DNA of 64,000 nt from an uncultured Actinomycetes bacterium (GCA_963791895.1 CAWBTY010000013.1:61274-125273), one strand, 5' to 3'; shown: positions 36,514-48,588, counted from the first letter of the stretch. Made by a program: numbers and translations. The notes: generated from the sequence alone by a model not told the origin.

Positions 36514-37437
36514 GTGACCGCCGCAGCCGCCGCTTTATCGACGGCTCCCTTCGCCGACCGTCTCGCCGACGCGGTCGAGCGGAAGCGATCGCAGCTCGTC
36601 GTCGGGCTCGACCCCGTCGTCGACCTGCTGCCGGTCGAGCTCCGCGGCGAGGCCGCGGCGAGCCGTGCCGCGGCGGCCGGCGCGGTCGAGCGGTTCTGCA
36701 AGGGCCTCGTCGACGCCGTCGCCCCGTATGTCGTCGCGGTCAAGCCCCAGGTGGCGTTCTTCGAGGCGCTCGGGAGCGACGGCTGGCGTGCGCTGGAGTC
36801 GACCGCGCGCTACGCGCGCGAGGCCGGGCTGCTCGTGATCGCCGACGCGAAGCGGGGCGACATCGGCTCGACCGCCCGCGCGTACGCCACGGCCTTCCTC
36901 GAGCCCTCGGACGGCAGCCCGCCGCTCGCAGACGCGCTCACGGTGAGCCCGTACCTCGGTCGGGATTCGCTCGATCCGTTCTTTGCCGCCTGCCGTCGCG
37001 AGGGCGCGGGCCTCTTCCTCCTCGTCCGCACCTCGAACGCGGGCGCCGCCGAGCTGCAGGACGCGGTCTTGAGCGACGGACGGCCCCTCTGGCGGCACGT
37101 CGCGGAGCTCGTCGACACCTGGGGCGAGGAGCTCGTGGGCGCCCGCGGGCTCTCGAGCGTCGGTGCCGTCGTCGGCGCCACGGCCGCGCGCATCGTCGGC
37201 GAGGCGCGGCGGGAGATGCCCCGGGCGATCATCCTGCTGCCCGGCGTCGGAGCCCAGGGCGCGAGCCCGGGGGACGTCGCGCGAGCGTTCACGAGCGGGC
37301 CGTCGAGCGCGCTCGTCAACGCGTCGCGGTCGGTCATCTACGCCTATCGCGACTCGCCGACCGACGACTGGCGGGCGGCCGCGGGTGCCGAGGCGGCGAG
37401 GCTCTCCGCTGCGGTGTGGTCTGCGGCCGGCTGGTGA
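36514..37437 (+). CDS. pyrF: orotidine-5'-phosphate decarboxylase
   Basis: VGLDP, KPQVAFFE, DAKRGDIGST, RTSN, GAVVGAT, PGVGAQG. Confidence 0.95.
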   Translation: MTAAAAALSTAPFADRLADAVERKRSQLVVGLDPVVDLLPVELRGEAAASRAAAAGAVERFCKGLVDAVAPYVVAVKPQVAFFEALGSDGWRALESTARYAREAGLLVIADAKRGDIGSTARAYATAFLEPSDGSPPLADALTVSPYLGRDSLDPFFAACRREGAGLFLLVRTSNAGAAELQDAVLSDGRPLWRHVAELVDTWGEELVGARGLSSVGAVVGATAARIVGEARREMPRAIILLPGVGAQGASPGDVARAFTSGPSSALVNASRSVIYAYRDSPTDDWRAAAGAEAARLSAAVWSAAGW

Positions 37438-37733
37438 CGCTCGATCGCGCCCAGATCGCCCGCGTGGCGGCCCCGGTCCTGTTCCTGCTCGCGATCACGG
37501 TCGCGGTCCTGCTCGTCCGCTCGGGGCTGCGGGAGAACGACCCCCCGGCGGCGAGCCCGCCGGGCTCGGTGCAGCCGGGTGGGCCACGTACCGTCGTCGT
37601 GCGCACCGGCGACACGCTCGAGGCGATCGCGGAGCGCACCGGGACGACGGTCGAGACGCTCGCACGCCTGAATCCAGGGCTCGACCCCGAGCTCCTGCGC
37701 GTCGGCCAGCGCCTGCGCGTCCGGCCGGGATGA
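37434..37733 (+). CDS. TM + LysM domain protein
   Basis: VRTGDTLEAIA..LARLNP...LRVGQRL. Confidence 0.85.
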   Translation: MTLDRAQIARVAAPVLFLLAITVAVLLVRSGLRENDPPAASPPGSVQPGGPRTVVVRTGDTLEAIAERTGTTVETLARLNPGLDPELLRVGQRLRVRPG

Positions 37734-37764
37734 ACATCTCCTCCGTCGTCTACCCTGGGGCGCC

Positions 37765-38889
37765 GTGATCCGCTCGATCCTTGCGGCGGCAGCGCTCGTC
37801 GCGGTCGTCGTCTCGAGCCCCGCCGAGGCCGCTGCCCCTCCGGTTCAGGCCCGCGCGTACGTCGTGCAGAGCTCGGTCGACGGCCACACGCTCGCTGCGC
37901 GCGACGCGGACACGCCGCGGGCGATGGCGTCGATCACCAAGCTCATGACGGCGCTCGTGGCGGTCCAGCGGCTCGGGCTGGACGAGACCGTGACCGTGCC
38001 AGCGGCGGCGACGCGCATCGGCGAGTCGTCGCTCTCCCTGCGGCCGGGTCAGCGCATGACCGTGCGAGACCTCGTGATCGGCACGCTCGTGCCGAGCGCG
38101 AACGACGCCGCCACGGCGCTCGCGATCGCAGCCGGAGGGAGCGTCCCCGCCTTCGTCGCGGCGATGAACACGCAGGCGCACAGGCTTGGCCTCACCGGCA
38201 CCCGCTATCAAAACCCGCACGGGCTCGACCAGGCGGGCCACGTCTCGACCGCGCGCGACAGCGCGGTACTACTCCGCCATGCGCTCCGCGTGGCGCCGCT
38301 GCGTCGCTACGCGGGCGCAGCGGCGGCCCAGCTCTCGAGCGGCCGCTGGGTGCGCTCGACCGACAACCTCGTCGGCAGGTTCCGCGGCTTCGTCGCCGGG
38401 AAGACCGGGCACACGTCGCTCGCCGGCTGGTCACAGGTCGGCTTCGCGAAGCTCGGCGGGGTGGGTGTCACCGTCACGGTCCTCGGCTCGCCGACCGAGG
38501 CGCAGCGCGACCTCGATCTCGAAGCGCTGCTCCGGTTCGGGCTAGGGAGCTACCGGGCATCGCGGGTGGTGGATCCCTCCCGCACGTACGCCAGCGTCGA
38601 GGTCGGCTGGGGCCGACCGCCGCTTCGACTCGTGGCGCCACGCGCGATCGTGCGGCCGACGGCCGTCGGCCGGCCGCTCACAGAGACGATCGTCGCCCCC
38701 GGCGTGGTGCAGCTCCCCGTCGTCGCGGGGCAGCGCCTGGGGACGCTCGTCGTCCGCGACGGCGGCCGCGTCGTCGCCCGCTCGCCGCTCGTGGCCGCCG
38801 CGCGGGAGAGTGAGCCAACCCGCGTCGACAAGGCGACGTGGCTCGTCCGTCGGACGGGCAGTCATCTGGCAGGGCTCGTGACGCCGTGA
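37765..38889 (+). CDS. D-alanyl-D-alanine carboxypeptidase (S11)
   Basis: ASITK, SAND, NPHGL, KTG. Confidence 0.9.
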   Translation: MIRSILAAAALVAVVVSSPAEAAAPPVQARAYVVQSSVDGHTLAARDADTPRAMASITKLMTALVAVQRLGLDETVTVPAAATRIGESSLSLRPGQRMTVRDLVIGTLVPSANDAATALAIAAGGSVPAFVAAMNTQAHRLGLTGTRYQNPHGLDQAGHVSTARDSAVLLRHALRVAPLRRYAGAAAAQLSSGRWVRSTDNLVGRFRGFVAGKTGHTSLAGWSQVGFAKLGGVGVTVTVLGSPTEAQRDLDLEALLRFGLGSYRASRVVDPSRTYASVEVGWGRPPLRLVAPRAIVRPTAVGRPLTETIVAPGVVQLPVVAGQRLGTLVVRDGGRVVARSPLVAAARESEPTRVDKATWLVRRTGSHLAGLVTP

Positions 38890-39837
38890 TCGTCACCGTC
38901 ACCCTCAACGCCGCACTCGATCGCTCGCTCACCGTCCCGACGCTCCTGCTCGGCAAGCGGCATCGCGCGAGCGAGGTGCTGACGCTCGCTGGTGGCAAGG
39001 GGATCAACGTCGCCCGCGCGCTGAAGCGGCTCGACGTCCCCGTCGTCGCGACGGGCCTTGCGGGCGGGCGCACGGGAACGCGCATCGTCGAGGAGCTCAC
39101 GAGCGAGGCGATCCTCAACGACTTCGTGCGCATCCGCGACGAATCGCGCACCTCGACGCTCGTCGTCGACCCCACGTCCGGGCAGCAGACGGAGATCAAC
39201 GAGTGGGGGCCGAAGGTGACCGAGACGGAGCTCGGCGTGCTGATGGACAAGCTGCGGTACCTCGCCCGCGGGGCCGAGGCCGTCGTCTTCGCGGGCTCGC
39301 TGCCGCGCGGCGTGAGCGAGGGGTTCTATGCCGAGGCTGCCCGCGAGCTCGGCAGGCGCGGGATCCGGGTCGCACTCGACACCGAGGGCGAGCCGATGCG
39401 GCTGGGTCTCGAGGCCGATCCGTGGCTCGTCTCGCCCAACCAGCACGAGGCCGAGCAGCTCGTCGGCCAGGAGCTCTTCGACGACGAGGACTTCCTCATG
39501 GCGCTCGACGCGATCGCCGAGCTCGGCGCGCGCAATGTCCACATCACCCTCGAGGACGGGTGCTTTGCGCTCGTGCGCGAGGAACGACAGGTCAGGCGCT
39601 ACCGCGCTGTCGTGCCGCGGCTCGAGTCCGTCTCCGTGGTCGGGGCGGGTGACGCCCTGCTCGCGCAGTGGATCACCTCCACCATCGACGGCGTCGCGGC
39701 CGACGAAGCCCTGAAGCTCGCGGCAGCGGCGGGTGCGGCGTCGGTGCTCGAGGTCGGTGCGGGTCGCTTCGATCCCGGCCGAGGCCCGCCGGCTCGCAGC
39801 CGCGGTCGAGGTGCACCAGCTGGAACCGGTTTCCTAG
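38886..39837 (+). CDS. 1-phosphofructokinase-family hexose kinase; 1-nt frameshift near 39777
   Basis: VTLNAALD, GGKGINVA, GSLPRG, PNQHE, VGAGDA. Confidence 0.85.
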
Positions 39838-39870
39838 CGCGAGCGGCCGAGCGGATTCGCGCGGACGCTC

Positions 39871-39911
39871 GGCGGGGCAAATCCCTGAAGGCGTCGGCTT
39901 CGCCGTCGCGA
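39871..39911 (+). repeat. long multi-hairpin repeat, partial copy 6
   Basis: GGCGGGGCAAATCCCTGAAGGCGTCGGCTTCGCCG matches copy 2. Confidence 0.75.
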
Positions 39912-39945
39912 GTGACTCTGTGCCATCGTCCGATCCTTGGGTTGA

Positions 39946-41448
<1,503 letters not shown>

Positions 41449-41460
41449 GGAAGAAGTTGC

Positions 41461-41490
41461 GTGGGTGTCAGACTTAAGTCTGACCCCCAC
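41461..41490. repeat. REP-like palindrome variant GTGGGTGTCAGACTTAAGTCTGACCCCCAC
   Basis: 30-bp palindrome with one mismatched pair. Confidence 0.85.
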
Positions 41491-43054
41491 AGTTTCATCG
41501 GTGCCCGAGCCCGGGCCGGAGGAGCGCCCCGTGCTCGTGCTCGACTTCGGCGGGCAGTACAGCCAGCTGATTGCCCGCCGCGTGCGCGAGGCGCGCGTCT
41601 ACTCCGAGCTCGTCTCGCACCGGCTCGGCCCCGACGAGATCCGCGCTCGGAACCCCGCGGCGCTCGTCCTCTCGGGCGGGCCGGCGTCCGTCTACGCCGA
41701 GGGCGCGCCGCTCGCCGATCCTGCCATCTTCGAGCTCGGCATCCCGACCCTCGGGATCTGCTACGGCATGCAACTGCTGGCGCGGGAGCTCGGCGGCGCG
41801 GTCGAGTCGAACGACGTCTCCGAGTACGGGAAGGCCGACGTGGAGCTCTCAAGCGACGGCGCGCTCTTCGGCGACATGGCCTCCGAGCAGGTCGTCTGGA
41901 TGAGCCACCGCGACTCGGTCGTCGCGGCGCCGCCGGGTGCCCGTGTCACGGCCTCGTCGCCGACCACGCCCATCGCCGGCTTCGAGGATCCCGAGCGCGG
42001 CCTCTACGCCGTCCAGTTCCACCCGGAAGTCGTGCACACCCCGCAGGGCCAGCGGATGCTCGAGTCCTTCCTCTACGACGTCGCGGGCGCGCCGCCCGCG
42101 TGGACGCCGGCCGCCGTGATCGAGGAGCAGGTGGAGCGGATCCGTGCGCAGGTCGGGTCGGAGCAGGTCATCTGCGGCCTCTCCGGCGGTGTCGACTCTG
42201 CCGTCGCCGCGCTGCTCGTCCACAAGGCCGTGGGCGACCAGCTGACGTGCGTCTTCGTCGACCACGGACTCTTGCGCGAGAACGAGGCCGCGCAGGTGGT
42301 CGAGACCTTCGGTGGCCACTTTCACGTACCGCTCGTCCACGTCGACGCACGTGAGCGCTTCCTCACGCGCCTCGCGGGCGTGGCCGAGCCGGAGGAGAAG
42401 CGCAAGCTCGTCGGCGAGGAGTTCATCCGCGTCTTCGAGGACGAGGCGGGAAAGCTCGGGGACGTGCGGTTCCTCGTGCAGGGGACGCTCTATTCCGACG
42501 TGATCGAGTCCGGCGGCGAGGACGGCGTCGCGGCGAAGATCAAGTCGCATCACAATGTCGGTGGTCTGCCCGCCGACATGCGCATGGAGCTCGTCGAGCC
42601 CCTCCGCGCGCTCTTCAAGGACGAGGTGAGGCGCGTAGGGGAGCAGCTCGGGCTTCCGGAGCGGATGGTCTGGCGCCACCCCTTCCCCGGCCCCGGCCTT
42701 GCGATCAGGATCATCGGCGAGGTGACCGAGGAGCGCCTCGAGATCCTCCGTGCCGCGGACTCGGTGCTCCTCGAGGAGGTGCGCCGCGCCGGTCTCTACG
42801 GAGAGCTGTGGCAGTGCTTCGCCGTGCTGCCGGCGATCCGCTCGGTCGGCGTCCAGGGCGACGAGCGCACCTATGCCTACCCGATCGTGATCCGGGCGGT
42901 GACGTCGGAGGACGCGATGACCGCCGACTGGGCGCGGCTCCCGTACGAGCTGCTCGATGCGATCGCGAGCCGGATCGTCAACGAGGTTCCGGGCGTGAAC
43001 CGCGTCGCCCTCGACCTCACCTCGAAGCCGCCCGCCACCATTGAATGGGAGTGA
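41465..43054 (+). CDS. guaA: GMP synthase (start GTG 41465 or 41501)
   Basis: [41 protein letters not shown]. Confidence 0.97.
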   Translation: MSDLSLTPTVSSVPEPGPEERPVLVLDFGGQYSQLIARRVREARVYSELVSHRLGPDEIRARNPAALVLSGGPASVYAEGAPLADPAIFELGIPTLGICYGMQLLARELGGAVESNDVSEYGKADVELSSDGALFGDMASEQVVWMSHRDSVVAAPPGARVTASSPTTPIAGFEDPERGLYAVQFHPEVVHTPQGQRMLESFLYDVAGAPPAWTPAAVIEEQVERIRAQVGSEQVICGLSGGVDSAVAALLVHKAVGDQLTCVFVDHGLLRENEAAQVVETFGGHFHVPLVHVDARERFLTRLAGVAEPEEKRKLVGEEFIRVFEDEAGKLGDVRFLVQGTLYSDVIESGGEDGVAAKIKSHHNVGGLPADMRMELVEPLRALFKDEVRRVGEQLGLPERMVWRHPFPGPGLAIRIIGEVTEERLEILRAADSVLLEEVRRAGLYGELWQCFAVLPAIRSVGVQGDERTYAYPIVIRAVTSEDAMTADWARLPYELLDAIASRIVNEVPGVNRVALDLTSKPPATIEWE

Positions 43055-43061
43055 GGCCTCC

Positions 43062-43085
43062 GGTGTCTGACTTCAGTCAGACACC
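43062..43085. repeat. REP-like palindrome variant GGTGTCTGACTTCAGTCAGACACC
   Basis: Compensatory base pair relative to the 8925 type; contains the ATPase stop. Confidence 0.9.
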
Positions 43086-44042
43086 CGCTCTTCCCAGACC
43101 GGCACCTCGACGACCCCCGCCGGGTCGACCTCGACGGAGACACGGTCGCCGACCCTCGGCTGCTCGATCGCGGCGACGACCGCCTCGAGCTCGCGCCCGT
43201 CGTCTCGCCGCACGAGGAGCCGGACGACCGAGCCGTCCCGTTCGGCCGAGAGGATCACCGCACCGTCACCCGGCCGCACGCGAACCGCCTCCGGCCGCGT
43301 CACGGTCGCCCGCTCGCCGTCGACCTCGACGTTCCGCAAGCCCGAGGAACCGGGCGACCCAGTCGTCTGCCGGGCGAGCCCAGAGCTCGTGGGGTGGTGC
43401 GACCTGCGCCAGGCGGCCCGCTCGGAGGACGGCCACGCGATCGCCCAGCGCGAACGCCTCGCCGACGTCGTGCGTGACGTGCACGACGGTGAGCGCAAGC
43501 TTCTCGAACAGCGACCGGAGGTCCGACTGCAGCCGGAGTCGCAGAGGCCCGTCGAGTGCGCCGAGCGGCTCGTCGAGGAGGAGCACCCGTGGCCTCGGCG
43601 CCAGAGCCCGAGCGAGCGCGACGCGTTGCGCCTCGCCGCCCGAGAGGGTCGTCACGTCGCGTCGCTCCGACCCCGAGAGCCCTACGAGCGAGAGCGCCTC
43701 GTCGACGCGGGCCTGGCGCTCCTCGTCCCCGACCCCGGTCACACGCGGGCCGAAGCCGACGTTCCCGGCGACGTCGCGGTGCGGGAAGAGCGCGGCGTCC
43801 TGAAAGACGAGGCCGATCTCGCGCCGGTGCGGAGGGACGTCGGTCACGTCGCGGCCGTCGAGGAGCACGCGTCCACTGGTCGGCCTCAGGAGGCCGGCGA
43901 CGACGCGCAGGATCGTCGACTTGCCGGAGCCACTCGGCCCGAGGAGCGCGAGCCGCTCGCCGGCTGCGACCTCGAGCGAGACCCCGGTCACGATCGGTCG
44001 GCCGTCGAGCGCCACGTCGATGTCGCGGAGTGCGAGGTTCAT
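43073..44042 (-). CDS. thiamine ABC transporter ATPase; 1-nt frameshift near 43345
   Basis: GPSGSGKS, LSGGE, LLLDEP, VTHD; TOBE-like tail in the second frame. Confidence 0.85.
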
Positions 44043-45586
44043 CGAGTCACGCGCCTGGCGAGCGAGCGCTCCGAGACCAGCGCCACCGCCGCCACGATGG
44101 CCATCAACACGACGCAGAGCGCCATCGCCGTGCCGACGTTGTCCTCGCCCGGGCGGCCGAGGAAGCGGAAGATGGCGACGGGCACCGTCGGCCAGTCCGC
44201 TCGGGCGACGAAGATCGTCGCGCCGAACTCGCCGAGGGCGACCGCGAACGCGAGCCCGGCGGCGACGGCGAGTGGTCGCGCGAGGAGCGGTAGCTCGATC
44301 TCGCGGCGGATGCGGCCCGGCGAGGCGCCGAGCACGGCGGCGGCCTCGCGCAGGCGGACGTCGGCGGCGCGCAGTGCCGGGACGAGCGCGCGCACGACGA
44401 ACGGGATCGCGACGAGCGCCTGGGCGATGGGCACGATCGCGGGAGACGAGCGGAGGTCGAGTGGCTCGTCGAAGGCAAGGAGGAACCCGAAGCCGAGCAT
44501 CGCCGCCGAGGCCCCGAGCGGCAGCATCACGAGCGCGTCCACCCCGCGTCGTCCACGCGCGACGACGACCGCTGCGGGGATCCCGACCGCGAGCGCGATC
44601 GCCGTCGCGGCCGACGCGAAGACAAGCGAGTTGAGGATCGCGTGCCACGGGGCGACGAGTAGCGCAGGCGTCTCGGCGGCGAGCGAGCGGAAGTGCGCGA
44701 GGCCGTGGCCGTCGCCGACGCGGAGCGACCGGACGACGAGCGCGAGCGGCGGCAGCGCGAGCAGGACGGTCGAGACCCCGACGACGGCCGCCACCAGGAT
44801 GCGCTCGTGGCCGATCGGGGACCTCGCCGGGCGGCGATGCCCGAGGCGCACGCCGAGCCGCCGCTCGAGCGCCCCCGAGACGAGCACGGTGAGCGCCACC
44901 GCACCGAGCTGGAGGAGTGCCAGCGCGGCCGCGGTCCGCAGGTCGAAGAGGCGTGCCGCCTGGTTGTAGATCTCGGACTCGAGGGTCGCGAAGCGGAGCC
45001 CGCCGAGCACGACGATCACGCCGAAGGACGTGAAGCAGAAGAGGAAGACGATCGACGCGGCACTCGCGAGCGCGGGGCCGAGGAGCGGGAGCGTCACCTT
45101 CAGGTGACGCTGCACGGGGCTTGCCCCCAGCGTCGCGGCGGCATCACCGAGCCGCGGATCCAGCCCCGCCCAGAAGGCGCCTACGACCCGCACGACGACC
45201 GCGACGTTGAAGAAGACGTGGGCGAGCAGGATCGCCCAGACCGTCTGCTCCACGCCGTCCGGCAGGAGCGCCACGAACGCGGTCGCGACGACCACCGTCG
45301 GGAGCACGAAGGGAACGAGCACGAGCGCCTCGACGAGTGAGCGCCCCCGGAAGCGGAACCGGGCGAGGGCCCAGGCGAGTGGCAGGCCGGCGAGCAGCGT
45401 GAGGACGGTCGAGACCGTCGCCTGCCAGACGGTGAACCACGCGATCTCGACCGTCGAGTCCCGTGTGAGGACGTCGAGCGGGACGTCGAGCCCACCCCCG
45501 GAGGCGAGGCTTCGCTCCAGGATCGCGAGGAGCGGCCAGGCGAAGAAGACGGCGAGGAACGCGACCGGGACGGCCGCCACCGCCAT
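44039..45586 (-). CDS. thiP: thiamine ABC transporter permease
   Basis: Duplicated permease with DAAATLGA and EAAAVLGA loops; TPP operon context. Confidence 0.8.
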   Translation of the reverse strand: MAVAAVPVAFLAVFFAWPLLAILERSLASGGGLDVPLDVLTRDSTVEIAWFTVWQATVSTVLTLLAGLPLAWALARFRFRGRSLVEALVLVPFVLPTVVVATAFVALLPDGVEQTVWAILLAHVFFNVAVVVRVVGAFWAGLDPRLGDAAATLGASPVQRHLKVTLPLLGPALASAASIVFLFCFTSFGVIVVLGGLRFATLESEIYNQAARLFDLRTAAALALLQLGAVALTVLVSGALERRLGVRLGHRRPARSPIGHERILVAAVVGVSTVLLALPPLALVVRSLRVGDGHGLAHFRSLAAETPALLVAPWHAILNSLVFASAATAIALAVGIPAAVVVARGRRGVDALVMLPLGASAAMLGFGFLLAFDEPLDLRSSPAIVPIAQALVAIPFVVRALVPALRAADVRLREAAAVLGASPGRIRREIELPLLARPLAVAAGLAFAVALGEFGATIFVARADWPTVPVAIFRFLGRPGEDNVGTAMALCVVLMAIVAAVALVSERSLARRVTR

Positions 45587-45591
45587 CCCCC

Positions 45592-46663
45592 TCAGCGCAC
45601 GACGATCTCGGTCCACTCGTCGACCCAGCGGTCGCGGTTCGCGTCGATCTCGTCCGGCGGCAGCGAGACGGGATCCTCCGGGACGAGCGCGTGCTCGACG
45701 AAGGCCGCCGGCAGCTCGACGCCCTCGCGCACCGGATAGACGAACATCGAGCCGGGTACGTCGGCCTGGAAGCTCTCCGAGAGCATGAAGTCGATCAGGG
45801 CTCGGGCGCCCGTCTTCGTTGCGGGCACCGCGCAGGATCCCTGCGTACTCGACCTGTCGGTAGCAGCCGTCCTCGACGGCCGCCGTCGGAGCGACCTCCG
45901 GCGGCTTCGTGGCGAAGATGACCTCCGCGGCCGGGCTCGTCGCGTACGAGACGACGATCGGGCGCTTGCCAGGGCTTCCCGCCGCGCCCGAGAACTGCTG
46001 CGTGTACGCCTCCTCCCAGCCGTCGACCGCGAGCACGCCGTTCGCCCGAAGCCCGCGCCAGTAGGACGACCAGCCGTCCTCGCCGAAGCGGGCGACGGTG
46101 GCGAGCAGGAACGCGAGCCCGGGCGAGGAGGTCGCGGGGTTCTCGACGACGAGCAGGTTGCGATAGCGCGGCTCGGTGAGCTCCTCGAGCCGGCTCGGGG
46201 GGGCGAGCCCGCGCTCGGCGAACCAAGCTCGATCGACGTTGAGGCACACCTCGCCGTGGTCGATCGGCGTCACCTGGTCGTACGGCGCCACGTACGTGCC
46301 GGCGACCGACGCCAGCGCGTCGGGCCGATACTCCTCGAGGAGGTCGCCGTCGATCGCTCGCGAGAGCACGCTGTCGTCGAGGCCGAAGATGACGTCGCCC
46401 TGCGGGTCGCCGGCGGTGAGCAGCGCGCGGTTCAGCGTCTCGTTGGCATCGCCCGCCTGGAGGATGCGGAGCCGCAGGCCGCTCTCGCGCTCGAACGCGC
46501 TCCGCACGTCCTTCGAGATTGCGAACGAGTCGTGAGTCAGGAGCACGACGTCGGTCGGCGCCGCCTCGTCCTCGCCACCGCCGCACCCGGCCGCGAGCAT
46601 CGCCGCCAGCACGACTGCGAACGCCAGCCAACGCTTGCAACAGACTGTTGCAAGCGTCGTCAC
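45592..46663 (-). CDS. thiB: thiamine ABC substrate-binding lipoprotein; 1-nt frameshift near 45810
   Basis: Lipobox LAAGC, THDSF, NPATSSPGLAFL, SYATSP, RQVEYAG. Confidence 0.85.
46631..46657. repeat. perfect 13-bp inverted repeat in thiB 5' end
   Basis: ACGCTTGCAACAG-A-CTGTTGCAAGCGT. Confidence 0.8.
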
Positions 46664-47298
46664 GCCGCCGCTCCCGCGGGGCGGACGGCGAGCAGCACGC
46701 CGTGGTCGACGGTGATCTCGGCTCGCTCGGCGGCGAAGACGTTGGAGACGCCGCGGCTGGAGCCCGCCTCGAGTCTCTCGTCCGAGAGCGGGTAGGCGAG
46801 GCCTTCCGTGCGAACCCCGCTGGCGGGACCGCCGAGCGCGAGGAGGCTCACCACGTCCCCCGGAGTGCCCGTGAGGGCCCGTCGAGAACGGACGACGTGA
46901 ACCGAGGAGCTGCCCACGATCGCGTCGAGCTCGAGCGACGCATAGCGGTCGGCCCCGAGCAGGAGGAGCAACGCCAGGAGATGGTCGAGACGCCCTTCGG
47001 CGCTGGCGACCACGAGTGCACGCTGGGAACCGAGGCGCACTGCCTCGTCGAGTGCGAGCTCGAGATCGGTGGCGTCCTTCGCCTCCGGATGGCGGATCAC
47101 CCGTGCACCGGTCGCAGCGCACCGCGCAAGTGTCGAGGGGGAGATGGAATCGAGATCACCGATCACGACGTGGACCGGGAGACCGAGCGCGGCCGCGCGA
47201 TCGGCGCCGCCGTCCGCGGCGATGACGGTACCCGCCGCGGGGACCGCGACCGCCGGGCCGGGCCCGGCTGCGACGACGACGACGTCCGACTCGTTCAC
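46660..47298 (-). CDS. thiN: thiamine pyrophosphokinase
   Basis: AADGG, IGDLDS, KDATDLELA, GRLDH, GLAYPL, GVSN. Confidence 0.9.
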   Translation of the reverse strand: MNESDVVVVAAGPGPAVAVPAAGTVIAADGGADRAAALGLPVHVVIGDLDSISPSTLARCAATGARVIRHPEAKDATDLELALDEAVRLGSQRALVVASAEGRLDHLLALLLLLGADRYASLELDAIVGSSSVHVVRSRRALTGTPGDVVSLLALGGPASGVRTEGLAYPLSDERLEAGSSRGVSNVFAAERAEITVDHGVLLAVRPAGAAA

Positions 47299-47299
47299 G

Positions 47300-47390
47300 C
47301 GTTCCTCCGCTGGCATTACCCAGATCAGGTTCTGCGGGTCGGCGGCGCGCTAGCCGCCCTCTCAGCCCGGATGCCCGAGCTCCCCGGTTA
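47300..47390 (-). ncRNA. TPP riboswitch
   Basis: GGGGAGC...GCTGAGA...GACCC..GAACCTGATCTGGGTAATGCCAGCGGAGG, overlapping the thiN RBS; TAGAAT upstream. Confidence 0.95.
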
Positions 47391-47442
47391 CGTGCCTCCA
47401 TTCTAGCGCCGGGCCGCGAACCCGCGCTGCGAGCCGAGGTCG

Positions 47443-48003
47443 TCAGGCAGCGAGCGGCACGCCGGCCTCGTGGACGAGAGCCTCCAGGTGCCTGCGCAGC
47501 CGTTCGGTGACGAGCGGGTCCCGGAGGCGGCCGTCCTCGTCGACGACGTTCTGGGCGCGCGCGATCGGCAGCTCGCCTTCGACGACGCGTGCGCCGGCGA
47601 TTCCGAGGATCCGCCGCAGGTCCTGCTGCGCCCAGATCGCGCCGTACTGGCCCGTCGTCGCGCCGGCGACGGCGGCGGTCTTGCCCCAGAGGACCGCGCC
47701 GCCACCCGGGGGACGGGAGGCCCAGTCGATCGCGTTCTTCAGCACGCCGGGCAAGGACCCGTTGTACTCCGGCGTGACGACGAAGAGCGCGTCTGCGGCC
47801 GCGATGCGCTCCCTGAGGTGGCGGACCGCGGGCGGCTCGTCTTCGTCCTCCACGTCCAGGTCGGCGTCGTAGAGCGGGACCTCGTCGAGGCGGTCGAAGA
47901 CCTCGACCTCGACTCCGGCCGGCGCGAGCTCGGCCGCGGCGCGTGCCACGGCCGAGTTGAACGACTGCTCGCGCAGGCTGCCCGAGAGGGCGAGGATCCG
48001 CAT
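47443..48003 (-). CDS. NADPH-dependent FMN reductase
   Basis: SGSLR..SFN, TPEYNGSLPGVLKNAIDWASRP. Confidence 0.9.
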   Translation of the reverse strand: MRILALSGSLREQSFNSAVARAAAELAPAGVEVEVFDRLDEVPLYDADLDVEDEDEPPAVRHLRERIAAADALFVVTPEYNGSLPGVLKNAIDWASRPPGGGAVLWGKTAAVAGATTGQYGAIWAQQDLRRILGIAGARVVEGELPIARAQNVVDEDGRLRDPLVTERLRRHLEALVHEAGVPLAA

Positions 48004-48005
48004 GG

Positions 48006-48572
48006 TCAGCTCTTCCTGATGGCCGCGAAGGTCGCCTTGAGCAGGACTTCGCTCGGCAGGAGGAACCCGCCGCCCGGAAGCGGTGCATTCCAGTCGAGGC
48101 CGAACTCGGTGCGGTCGATCGTCCCTTCGAGCTCGAGCCCGATGCGCTCGTTGCCCCAGGGATCCTGATCCGAGCCGGCGTACGAGCCGCGCAGCTCGAC
48201 CGGCCTCGTCACGCCCTTGATCGTCAGCTCGCCTCGTACGACGAGCCCCGCGCCGTCGCTCTCCACCGAGGTCGACTCGAAGTGGAGCTCGGGGTAGCGC
48301 TGCGTGTCGAAGAAGTCGGGCGCCTGGAGGTGTCCGTCGCGGGTCTCGTCGAAGGTCGTGACGCTCGTCGCGTCGACCGTGCCGGAGATCGTCGGCTGCG
48401 TGCCGCCGACGATACGCCCCGTGAACCCGGGAACCCGCCCCTTGATCGCGACGAGACCGAGCTTGCGGACCTCGAACTCGAGCGCCGACCACACCGGATC
48501 GATCTCCCACTCGCCCGCCGGGATGCCGGTCGCCGGCCTGTCTGCAACGATTGCTGCTGTCACTTTCCTCAT
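48006..48572 (-). CDS. YceI family protein (start ATG 48572 or GTG 48563)
   Basis: WEIDP, RDGHL..DFFD..YP, GELTIKGVT, DPWG..IDRTEFG. Confidence 0.9.
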   Translation of the reverse strand: MRKVTAAIVADRPATGIPAGEWEIDPVWSALEFEVRKLGLVAIKGRVPGFTGRIVGGTQPTISGTVDATSVTTFDETRDGHLQAPDFFDTQRYPELHFESTSVESDGAGLVVRGELTIKGVTRPVELRGSYAGSDQDPWGNERIGLELEGTIDRTEFGLDWNAPLPGGGFLLPSEVLLKATFAAIRKS

Positions 48573-48588
48573 CTCCTTGCGGTAGCTA

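Noticed and set aside
44039-47122. 1027-aa ThiB-ThiP fusion ORF
   Set aside because: Artifact of the extra base near 45810; the ThiB C-terminus is in the 45592-45828 frame and ThiP has its own ATG
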